From Phoronis australis (taxonomy: Eukaryota; Animalia; Phoronida): a stretch of 64,000 bases of DNA. The stretch is from contig NMRA01000226.1 of NCBI GenBank assembly GCA_002633005.1, forward strand, positions 3,728 to 67,727, in the 5' to 3' direction. Of the stretch, positions 48,917 through 61,728 are shown one piece after another. A model generated the notes under the pieces. The model searched no databases. It saw only the letters and a program-made list of their open reading frames with translations, and had not been told where the DNA came from. How positions within the stretch are numbered: position 1 is the stretch's first letter; each line of letters begins with the position of its first letter. A program made the position numbers and the translations under genes.

Positions 48917-50473
48917 GTTAGTGGAAGAACTTTTGTTGGTTTCCAGTTGTGATATTTCAGGTTGAGGTGTTTGTTAAGTATTCAGTGTGTGTAGAAAGTC
49001 TGTAGGACTTCTTTTTAACTATTAAGTTTTTAACTTTATTAAGCAGTCCATCATTAATTTTGTCACGTGAACACTGCTTTTGAATAAAATTTATCAAAAC
49101 AAGTTACATAACAAGATGTCGTTAACATTAACACGACCAAATTCCTTTTGATATAAATGTTTGAAATGATATCTCAAAAACAATGTTTACAAGTTTCGAA
49201 ATTATTTCGTTTTTGTTTCATGCAACTTTCGAATTTTTCAGAAAAATGATGAAAGTCGTATTTTTGGTAGACCCTCACGCTAAAGAGTAACATTTTAAGA
49301 ACTGCATAAAGCACAGCATCCTCTAAATGTTTCACACGAATCTGATCAGCCATTTCTGAGTTCTGATGTCAGCCGAATTTGGACATTTTTCTAGGATCCT
49401 CTACCTATCTTAACTCTCACCATGTGATTTTTAATTTTCTCAACCTTTAATGCCCTGAATGTTTACTTGACTGGATATGATACATAATTCATTTTATATC
49501 AACCACTTGATAATGGTGTTATGCTTCTTTATAGTCTTTCATACCCAGTGCAGGCATTTTATATCAACCACTTGATAATGGTGTTATGCTTCTTTATAGT
49601 CTTTCATACCCAGTGCAGGCATTTATGCAATTTCATGCATGATCTCTCGACTTGACGTTCTCACAGATCTTCTGTCTCTTTTTGGGACACAGTTATGCAC
49701 CTGATTACACTTTTTATCGGCTTATATCACCATTTCTTCCCACAGAAGGGCATCTGCAATATTTCAGCGCTTGTGTATTCCCTCTGTTCGTTTATTGTAG
49801 TACAGTATGGTCAGGATGCAATGCAATATTAGTATCCTCTTTATTGAAGGCTCAGAAGCAGGTGGCCAGACTTGTTCTAGGTGTGCCTTTTGACACTCCG
49901 TCAACTCATATGTTTAATAGACAGGGGTGGCTCAATATTGACAAATATTTTATATATAGCGTCTGTGTATGATGCATGAGTGCTTTCACGGTAATGTACC
50001 GACTTATCTATCTCATAATCTCGTACTTGTTCGAAATAGCCACCAGATCAGGACAAGATTTTCTGCCTCAAACAATTTGGTTTTGCCCAGACACAGAACA
50101 TCGTTTTATTCTAAGTCCTTCTTTATTCAGACCATCAAACAGTGGAACAATTTGCCTAATAGTCTTAAGGATGCTGACTGTTATGATAATTTCAGACACC
50201 ACCTCATCAGTTACCTGTGGTCGTCATAGATGTCCCTCCTTTTTGTCTTTCCAATTTATTTACCATTTTTATTTATTTATTTATCTTTAATTCAATTTGT
50301 TTATCCAGTTTGTAAATACTATTTTTAATGTATCTTATTGTATCTTAATTTAATCTGTTTATCTAACTTAATTTAATTAATTTAATTTCTTGCTGCAGAA
50401 GACCATGCTGGATATTAGCCTTTGGCTGAAGCATGTTTTACATTCATTGTATTTTTACTCTCTTTAAATAAAG

Positions 50474-50508
<35 letters not shown>

Positions 50509-53500
50509 GGAACCGTTCTCTATTGATTGTAGTGAATTATATTGTCTTGCATCGCAAACAGTCTAAAGGATAATCTGTAGTTTTGAAAATAAACTCTGTT
50601 AAACGTGGACAAATGTCTTACTGGAATTATTTGGCAGTTTATCCGGATTTTTGCTGTAATAAATAGCGTTTTTTGTCTGTCAAACTTTTGCAGCACATGA
50701 CCTTGATAAGTTTTTGTTGTGATTTAGCCAGAATTTAGATGAATTCTTGTAAAAAGATAAACAAAGATGTTTAGTCAAATTTCCACATTGCCCGGTTTGT
50801 TTTGAAAACTGCTGTACATGTATTCTACCTGTGTTCAGCATGTGAATGAATATCCACTCTTTTCACTTTACTCGTTTTCTTGCAGATGTTTACCCGAATC
50901 AGTACGTGTTGAGAGCTGGCAGTAAACTGAGCCTGACATGTCGCATTAATACCTCAACGCCCTCATGTAGTGAGGGGTTTAACAAAGATAACTTCCAATT
51001 CGAGGTCAACAGAACTAAATTCCTACCTTTCGACAGGAGAGTCAGTATAGTAAACAGTAGCACAGCTATGTTGATTATTGACAATGCAACGGTCAAAGAT
51101 GGAGGCTTTTACAGGTGTATTTACAAGAAAATCCCAAGAGTCGTCAACAATTTCATTAAGATAGGATGTAAGTACTCGACATGTATTATTATGCTGGTTT
51201 GACAATAGAGCTGTTTTTTGCCCATGTGGACTGTCTGGCTTTTTGGTAGAATGCTGACAACAGGGGTGTGTTTGGTGATGCTAGACACTTGCGGGACACT
51301 TGCAGCAAGAATTTTTATGTAATTTAAATTCCCAGTGCCTTTTGGTGTTGGTGTATTTCCACATCCTGGATTCATCTCTTGTTTTGCGTACATAGAAAAA
51401 TGCAGTATAATTGAGCTTAGTTTTCTGAATGTTGGGTGGCTATATGTTGCTTCTGAGTGGAGTCATTTGCTATGCGCCCACATATAAATATGTGGGCACA
51501 TTATGCCGTCATCTCCGGCGTCCGCTGCTGTATTTCCAAAACCCTTTGACATACGTTCATGAAATTTGGTACATATGTTCCTTTCATGAATGGGACGGCA
51601 TGAGCGAACTTTCGGCGTGCCCCCTAGTGGCAATTTTAGTTTTTTACGCTTACCTTTGTGTCTTAAAAAGTCCTTAACGGATTTTCATGAAATTTGGTAT
51701 GTAGGCACCTATTAGTCAGATGACACTATCCTTCAGATGGATTGGACGTAGTTTTCGCCACCTACTGGCCATTTTTACTGTTTTCGAGTCGTTTTTTGCG
51801 TCCACCCCACTATCAACCAAACCGCTCAAAGGATGATTGTGAAAACTGACATGTATGTGCTTACTATGAAGAGGACGGTTGACGATGATTTTTCGACGAT
51901 TTCGACTATTGTGGTGTCTCCTAGTGTCAGTTTTGTTTTTTTTTTGCGCCTATGGCTGTATCTTCTAAGCCATTTGCAGGATCTTTACTTAATTTAGCAA
52001 GTGTATTTATATGATGTTGAATACGGATGACGACGACTTTTGGACAGATCTGACTACTGCTGTTCCCCCTAGTGCCAATTTTAGTTTTTTACGTTTAACT
52101 CTGTATCTTCAAAGGTCCTCAACAGATTTTCATAAAATTTTAAATATAGGCATTTATTGGTGTGGTGACTATCTTCCTGTTTTTGGTTGGAATCGAGGTA
52201 TTTTGCTCCACCTAGTGGCCATTTTTGCTGTTTTCAAATCTTGTTTTTGGCTTCCAACCTTGTATTAACCAAATCATTTGAAAATATATATTAAATATAT
52301 ATGTCCTCAGTGTGAAGATGACCTTTGATTATGGTGTCTGGCTACTGTGGTGCCTCCTAGTGGTAGTTTTGTTTTGCGCCCATAGTTGTATCTTCTAAAC
52401 CCACTGCAGGATCTTTGCTAAATTTAGTAAGTGTATTTATATGAAGATAACAACAGACGACGACGAACGCAGGGCATGGTGGGTAATCACCGCAGAGCCA
52501 GAATAGGGCACTAGTTACTGTATAACAGGAATTAGTTGTTCATCTTTTGAATTGCTCCAGTGTCTGACCATATTCTATCCACATCCCAGTCTCATTAGAG
52601 TGCTCAAGTCATCAATAGAGTAACTCTATTCATTAGATTATATAGTGAAGGTAATTACCGTTTCTGATCAAATTCTATCTAAATAGAAGGCTTGAAAACA
52701 TCCGTGTTCTATTTTTCTTTTTCTTTTTGGCACATAAAAACTGCACCTTGTTTGTAAATGTTTCGCACCTTGTTTGGAAATCATGAATCATAAGTTGTTG
52801 CGTAGTGGAACATTTACTTATTATGCACCCACATATTTATATGTGGACACATTATGCCGTCATCTCCGTCCGTCCGGCATCTGTCTGACATCCGTCCATC
52901 CAGTGCCCGGCGTTCACTGCTCTATCTCTAAAACTCGTAGACGTACGTTCATAAAATGTAGCACATATGTTCCTTTCATGGGTGGGACGGCACGAGCTTA
53001 CTTTCGGACAGATTCGATTACCGGTGTGCTCCCTAGTGACAATTTTGGTTTTTTATGCTTACCTATATTTTCAAAGGTCCTCAATGTATTTTCATAAAAT
53101 TTGGCGTATAGGCATCTATTAGTGAGATGATGCTGTCCTTTCATTTTTGGATGGATTGAAAGTTTGCGTCACCTAGTGACCATTTTTTGTTTTCAAGTCT
53201 TTTTTTGACGTCCACCCCTCATCAACAAAACCGCTCTAAGGATGTTTGGGAAAATTGGCATGTATGTTGAATGAAAAGGACAGCTGACAATGCTTTTCTG
53301 ATGATTTCGTCCACTGTGGCACCTCCTCGTGGCAGTTTTGTTTTTTTTCGCTCATTTGCAGGATCTTTGCTAAATTTAGCAAGTGTATTCATATTATGTT
53401 CACAACGGATGACAACAACTTTTGGATGGATCCGACTACCAGTGTGCCCCCTAGTGACAATTTTAGTTTTTTAGGTTTACTTCTATATCTTCAAAGGTCT

Positions 53501-56500
53501 TCAACAGATTTTCAGAAAATTTGGAATATAGGGATCTATTGGTGAGATGATGCTATCCTCTCGTTTTCGGATGGAATCGAGGTACTTTGTGCCACCAAGT
53601 GGCCATTTTTCTTGTTTTTGAGTATGTTTTTTTGGCATCCACCCCTCAGTCAACCAAACCATTCTAAGGATGATTTTGAAAATTGGCGTGTATGTTCTCG
53701 GTGTGAAGAGAGCGGTTGACTATAACGAATTCAACTACTGTGGCACCTCCTAGTGGTAGTTTTGTTTTGTTTTGCACCCATAGCTGCATCTCCTTAACAC
53801 ACTGCATGGTCTTTATTAAATTTAGTTACTGCATTTTTATGAAGCTAACAACAAACGTCTTTTAGGCCAATCCAATGAACGCTGTGCCCCATAGTGGCAA
53901 TTTCATTTTTTCGTTTTCTTTGTTTCTCTGAAGTTCCTTGACAGATTTTTATGAAATTTGGTAAATAGCTTTCTATGGTGGCATTTTCCCGTTCTCAGAT
54001 GGATTGGATGTTTGCGCCATCTAGTGGCTATTTTTTGAAACAAATAAACAACCCTAGAAGCACACCATTTGTGATGCATTCGTGGGCGCATTTCAACGCT
54101 CCGCGTTGCTCTTGTTTTTGTTATTTTGCAATCAATTATGAAATTTTTTTGGGAATTAACAGAGGAAATTAGGAAACAAAACACGCGCACCATATTTGAA
54201 TTTTTGCTCTAAGATAGAACCCTGGGTAATTCCAGCTAAGACGATCTATAGCAGCTCACGCCAAAAGAAAAGCAAGACAAAATTCAGTTCCCCTTATCGT
54301 GGCGGGGATTCCAACTACTCTGATTAGGAATTCCACTCACGCTCAGCAGACACGATGAGGAATTCCACTCGCGCTCAGCCATCAAGACTGACAATTCTGT
54401 GCCCTTTTATTCAGTTATTCTTGGCACAAATCTGCTTACTTTCACCTTAAATGTCTGTTTTTTGTCTTTGCTTCTACCAGATATTCCAACCAAAGTGGAT
54501 GCTAAGTCAATAAAATGTATGGTACACAACTGGATGTCTATGAACTGTACCTTTGACAGAGGGCGGGACACATGGCTGCCAAGTACTGAATATGTTATAG
54601 AGTATTGCATGGAAAGGTATGTATTCTGTACTGGCATTTGTAATACAAACAGGCAAATGTTTTTTTCCTGAAACGGTGACAGAAGATGGCGCAGGATGGC
54701 TGATTTGCAACCCGCTACACAGGGCAGCTGGCTGTCGTTTGCGATCTCTCAAGTGTTCGCGCAACGCTTAGTTGCCATCCGTTCAACAAAATATTCGTAA
54801 ATCATGACGTATATGCACGGCGTCCCGAAAAATGTACTCGCACTACGGCACATCAAGTGACAATATCTGCTTGTGTATTGACATTACTAGACTGGGGTTT
54901 CAATTCATAAAAACGTGACCAGTAAAAGTTTTTTGGCTTTATACCAACATAAAGGGATTGCTTAGTAACTCGAGAAGAAAGTTAGTAGCAAATTGACTTC
55001 TTTGACATTTGAGAACACTGTGATAAATTTTCATTCTCTGAAAGTGAGTCATTTGTTTGTTGCTGAAAACAATAGCATTCAAAAGTGTCCAACTTCACCT
55101 CAATGCATAAAACTGACAGTCTGCAAAATGTGAAGTTCCTGCCTGTATTGGAAAAAATTATTAGGAGCATAGCTCACAATGATTTTTGGATGGTTTTGAC
55201 TACTATCATGGCAGTCCCTTGTGGCAGCTTTTTGTGTCCACAGTTGTACTCACCACTTGCAAAATCTCTGTTAAATTTGTCAAGTATCTTTCAATGTGAT
55301 ACTGGCTAACGATAACTTTTGCACGGGTGTGCCCCCTAGTGGCAGTTTTAGTTTCTCATGTTTTCCTCTGTATCTTCGTAGTTCCTTGATGAATATTTAG
55401 GAAATTTAAGTATAATAGCACTATTATAAAAATGACAATGAAGCTTTCCCATTTCTGGTTGGATTCAATGCATTGTATGCCACCTAGTGGCTATTTTTAT
55501 CATTTTTGAGTTTGCTGTCCGCCTTCCTATCATCCAAGCCTCTCAAAGGATGAATATGAAAATTTACAACTATGGCGCCCCCTATAGTGAAGCTTTTCTG
55601 CATCTCAAGCTATATCTTGTAAACTCCTTTGCAAATTAGTTAAAGTTGGCCAGTGTATTTCTATGTGAAAATGGATGACGATGATGATTTTCAGATGGAT
55701 CCAACTGCCACTGTGCACCCTAAAGACAATTTATTTTTTTACCTTTCTCTGTATCTTTGGTGTTTTTGACAGGTTTTCCTGAAATTTGACAAATAGGTTA
55801 AATTAAAGCATCGATAACTTCTTTCCATTCTGTACGCCATTTTTATTTATGTTTGCCTCTCTGTCTGCGTTTCTGGATGGATTTGTGTGAAGTGTTTCAT
55901 ATAAGCTATAGGTTCCCATTAGAGAGGCGATGAGGCCTTTGCATTTTCGAGTGGGTTTGACCTACTTTGCACATCCTAATGACCGTTTCTGAGACCATTA
56001 ACCACCCCTAGAACCTTATCGCTTACTGTGCAGTCGAGGGTGCATTTCAACTGTTTGTATTGCAACTCTTGATACACCTTGGCTTTGTTCACGTCATTCA
56101 GAACAAAAACCTGCCACGATTGTCCTGTGGCTGGTGATGGTTACTGCTACTGGGCTAAGAGTTATAGGCACCTGTGCCCCTCGTACAAGAACAAAACTCG
56201 CTTCTTTGACAACTACACGTATGGGATGCGAGTAAGAGGGACCAACAGTCTGGCACCAAAGGGCGTCTTCTCTGAATATACAGAACCTGTGCACGCTGAA
56301 TGGATTGGTAAGATCTATCTATTAACAATTTGTGTGTTTGTTCTGAGTTCATGAGAGCAGTAACTGAAATTTTTAGCAGGTGATGTGCTGTTTGAGGAAT
56401 TTGTACAGTTCAATGTTTTTAAACACTGCTCCTTTAGCGATTAAAATTTGTCATTGGCACATTTTATTCTTGTCTGTGTGGAATTTTGAGTTGCAGACTG

Positions 56501-59500
56501 ATACAGTTGTTTTCAAAATAGTCAGACTTCAACAGAACACTTCCAATCTTGAATAAACATCTTCAGTTGTTAGAATTATTTGTCTGTTTAGTCGAACTTT
56601 TGTTGCACAATAAAACACTGGTTTTGTTGAACTTTTGTTATGGCCTTGTGCAGTCGATTGTCGCCATTTTGACAACGTGGATGGAGCAACACCAAATCAA
56701 GATTTTGTTGAGATTTAGCCAGAGTTGAAACGGAGTCTAATAAAAAATAATTGGACAGTTAGTCGCGGCTGACTTTAGAAATAGCCACGCCACATTGAAA
56801 TTCACTAGCTGTTCCGCCAGATGGCAACCAGATCTTTGATGGAAAGGTGTTCAGCACCCATGTAATGTGGACAGAAGCTTTCTGTCTACTGTAACTGAAA
56901 AAACACGGCTTTAGCACCTTTCCTGCTATCATAAAGTCAGCAAATTTCCACTGCTCTTATTGGGATATAGTAATGGGTTAAGGAAAAAGGCAATCGTCTC
57001 AAATTATCCATGGACGAAGGACATCAATAACATTTCCCACTGCAAAGAAGAAAGCACGGCTGCATAGATGTTGACTGCTACTTATAAAAGCGGATGAATG
57101 TTGATCCCAGACTATATGAAAAAGCTAAAATAAATTGGGCACCTTAAGCTAATCAAACAATGGGTGGACTGAGTGTGCGATTCACTCCTCTCCATTCAAA
57201 TTAATGAACCACTATGAAGTTATTGAATTTCCGTCCACCGAATCTGAGTCAGGATCAAGCAGAAGTCGCTTTCTCGCTCTCGTTACTCTAGGAAGCGCCA
57301 TTATGAAAAGTCTGCTATTAGTAGTACTTGTTGTTATATTGCTAAGTTGCCACGTTTTGCCTGGTCATCCATTGCTCGTTGAATACGATGTGTTGTAGTA
57401 AAACCAGCAGCTGTCAGGAATGCTGTCATCCGTGTTGTCAACAGCACATCAATCAATGTTACTTGGGAGGTGGATAACAACTTCAAACCTCAGATATTTA
57501 TGCTCTACCTCAAATCGCAATATACCCCAGTCATCAGGAAAATTCAGGTGAGCAAGGAGCATATATTGCATGGATGAATCTTGCATTTCAACAGCAAATT
57601 TATAACGTTGACTTTGCCCCACAATCTTATCATTTTATGAGCTATGGATATTTTATTCACGTGATACTTCTGTATGTTGGGTACTCGTATACAATTCTTG
57701 AACTTTTATGGCAGGTGAGCATTACATGTCTTAAACACTTTCGGTTACCCGTAGCTGTTCGGAAACTAGTATCACAGTTGGTAATAAATGTTGATCGCCC
57801 TATCTAGTGACATGTCATTTCAAGGAGTTTCTTAACCAAAACACTTTTTGTATTTGATAGTTTGAATTTCAGACTTATATAAACATATCTTCTGATACGT
57901 TAACTGAGTGGGTAAGTCCATGCGGAGTTCCTGTGACCTAATGCGTTTTGTGTGACCTCAATCTGTAATAATGTCTTTCTTACTCATTAGTAGTTAAAAA
58001 GCTATAATACTCTACCACACAAACACTGTGTCTTAATTGTTTACTTGCAACAATGGAATTAACACTTGTCTAACAGATCATTCCGTAAGCTGGTGGCAAG
58101 AGTATGTAAAACTCAATACAGGCCCGTAGAAAGTAACAATTGTTGGGGAGGGGGTGCAAACCAAATCAACATCCCCCGCGTGTGTACCGACCCCCACCTC
58201 CGCCATAGGTGTGGGGCAAATCCTGAGGATGCAATTGAGACGCGCTGGTCAGTTTGTACTTATTCGACTGCGATGGCTCTACGGTCAAGATTCATTTTAT
58301 TCTGATCCGGTTTGTGGAAAGTTCAGGTCACGGGTCATGCTTTGGTGGTTTTGAAAGGGTGAGGTCACTAGGATCTCATACTGCCTTTGGGGCTGTTTCG
58401 AAATCCCTTATTGAAACGGGGGTAGCCCACTTTCTCATGGCTTGTGGTTAGGGAGAAATGATGCAGAGGGTCACACTTAAAGGCCGGAAGTTCAGACTCA
58501 GTTTCCGTGCATCAGATTCTGCGCCGAGCCTACTGCTTGGTTACGCTTTGTTTAAAAGTGCAAAGATATTTAATCTCCTTTTTGATCATTCTCTGGTTTG
58601 TGAATTTAAACCACTTATCTGGTTATTACCGGTAAGTCGACAATAAAAAGTTCATTTATTGTCATTTGAATTTTGAGAAGGTTTTTGCACACCTTGTAGA
58701 ACTATATCATTATCTTTGACACTTATTTCAGATAGGCAGAAGTTGTTTAGTGTACTTTGCTATTTGGGGATTGGATGATAGATCACATGTTCCCGTCAGC
58801 CTGCAACTAAGTTGACATCACCATTTCATAGCAGATTAGTTTCTTGTTGTCAAAAGTCATCTGACTATCAATCAGTTGATTTTCATAGATACATATACAT
58901 CATGTAAATCAGAAACCAACAAATTCGCTATTATAAGAAATCACATGAGACATGCTCAAAGACTTTTGAGGGAGGAACATGGGAAATGGGGCATCCCTTG
59001 GGATTTGGGGGTCCCTCCAAAGAAGTTTTAAGAATCCATTCGTTTGAACGTGTATTTTGATTCGCCCCAGAGGTAGCTATTTTGGTTTATGATTTAAATT
59101 GTAAACTCCAAAATAGCTGAAATCTTTATGTGTGTTTGCCAGTACATGTACGTTGCTTTGAGCATCTTAATCCGTTAGACAAGTGACTCTGCACACCGTC
59201 ATCAAAATATCCTACCACCAGCATGTTGGACATGTGAGAGTCTCTTACAATCCTTTGTGGCTCTCTTCAAAAGAATTATTCTCATGAATGATATTATTGG
59301 AAAATTATCTACATGTTATGGGTATAAAACCATAGGAAATATTACTTTTTGTAATTCACAGTGGTCTTTACGTTCTTCAAACTTTCATCCTTTCCATTTC
59401 ACGTATTTTCATATTTTTGTTTGATTGGGTCGAATGTCTTGATACTGCTGTGCTGTGTGTCCTAATCGGTTTGTTTTTTTTTTTCGATTAATTTGGAATT

Positions 59501-61680
59501 TAACCTTCTTCCCTTTTTGATTATTTATTTTGACATGTCAGATTATGTGTATAGAGTGCAAAGGGGTAATAGTCCCACATGAGACCACCCTCCAAAAGAG
59601 GACCACGTCTGAAAGGGTGGCCACATGGATGCCATCAATAGACCCCCTTTAAAGGTTGGGCTCCTAAATAAGAAATTTAAAGCATTTGATGTATCTGTCA
59701 AGTTATCAATTTTCATCAAGTGATATGCAATTTCAAGAAAAATCAAAAAAGAGAGCAAAAGATGACTCCATTATCCCTTGCCAAAGAGGGCACCTGGAGA
59801 TTTATACTTTTGCATTGATCGCAACATGGTCCTTTTGAATTTAAAAATCCAGTGAATTGATACGCTCCACAAAAATGGGCTTCACAATGAATTATTAAGT
59901 GCACATTTTCAAGACAGTGTGTTTAGCTGATCTATATTGCAAAAATTAGGCCCCCTAACAACAATGACCTGGCCAGGACCCTCAGAGGATAAATCATGCA
60001 CTTTGTTGACACAAAGATGATAACTTTCTCTGGCCTTGTTTGGCTATCTTTCTCTTCTCGACTGCCCTCAGCGGCTCAGCCCCATGGTTGTCATGTTTAA
60101 CCCCGTCAGCTGCAAATTATTAGGACGCATGTACCCCCTTCCTACGCCCCTGCAATGGTTTTGTCAGTGTTAGAGCCAACAGCTGAAAAGTTGTTCAACT
60201 TCATATCAACCGTAGGTGACTTCTCTTTCTTTTAATGGCAAACATCAAGTACTATCAAGACATTAAGATCATGTTGAAATTGTTTCAGCTATTAACTAGC
60301 CTATAGCATATATAAGCTAATATGAAAGAAATGTTCCTTTAACATGCGCTGTGAACTGAAGGTCAAATATTTTCCTTCTATTGTAGGTGCCATTTTCTGT
60401 ACGTAAGATATCTGCATCTTACTTAGAAGTCACCACTATGATTGCTTCTAGTCCAGTTTTTTAAGACAAATGTGTCACATTGCTAAAATTCAGTGAGTCA
60501 AATGCACTGCAGTAGTCACTAAAAACACTGTAAATAAAAAGCACTGTCGGTTTAGCATTCTTTTAATGTATATCATGCAGTTCAATTAAGATAAAATAGA
60601 CAGGCAAATACAGTGTTTCCTTGTAATGGTGAATAATTGTGATAACATTCCTGGCTTGCCTATTCATGGATCTACAGGGGATATTAAAAAATTGTCTTCT
60701 CAGCCAGGACCACAAGGGCTTTCATTGTTAAAGCTGTGTTTAGTTATACAGTCCAACTGGGCCAGTTGTATACTAAGAGCAAAGAACTGCTTTCAATGAC
60801 CTTGCATAGTAACTTCAAAAGGCCTATTGTGGTAATGGTCCAATATAACCTGGCCTGATTTTGCAAAGCAGTTTCCTCCACTGTTAATAAAGGGTGTCAT
60901 AATGGTTCTCAAAATACAGGCACATTATATATCAGACTATTACCCTAGTGTGTATGGGCTATACCATACATGAATGTGCATTTTTGATGACACCGTGGGA
61001 TCCCTCTCTTAGTAGTTCACTCTATAAATGAGCTGCTGCTCAAACCACAAACATGCTACATCTTTTTGTGTTCAGTTTTATGACCTTGGGGACAACATGA
61101 CTGTTGTGATGCTCCTTACTGTGTTACGGCACAATAGGTTCACTTTGTGGGCATAGATAGCATAGTTCTTATCTGACTCATTGAATTTTCCACAATGCAA
61201 ATAGAGATATTGATGAAGAATGGATGGTCTTGTGATACCTTATGTAAAAACTTCCTTGCACTTGTTCACCTTTTTCCAGACTTAGCACCAGGCATACTGC
61301 GGATGGTCCCACAAGCATTGTTTATACGTACTGAGCATGCGTTCATGCAGTAACACATATAGGATTTTATTTCATTTTAGCTACATATCATAAGTATTTC
61401 TGGTAAGATCCCGTGATCGTTTTTTATACTATATTATTTTAAATGGTTTGCATCATTTCTACTCGTTTATTGTAATTGTTGTGGAATTAAAATTATCCCA
61501 AAGATGTCAGTGGTTAACGTCGGCACATACTGTCCAGTATGTCACAAGTTTGGACTTCTTTCCAACCACTATGCATCCAATCTCAACATGTACCAAAAGT
61601 TTCTCAAACATGGCTGGAATTTGGCTGGTTCCATGGTTGAACTATTAGTCAGATTCAGACATTAACTTTTGACACAGCAC

Positions 61681-61728
<48 letters not shown>

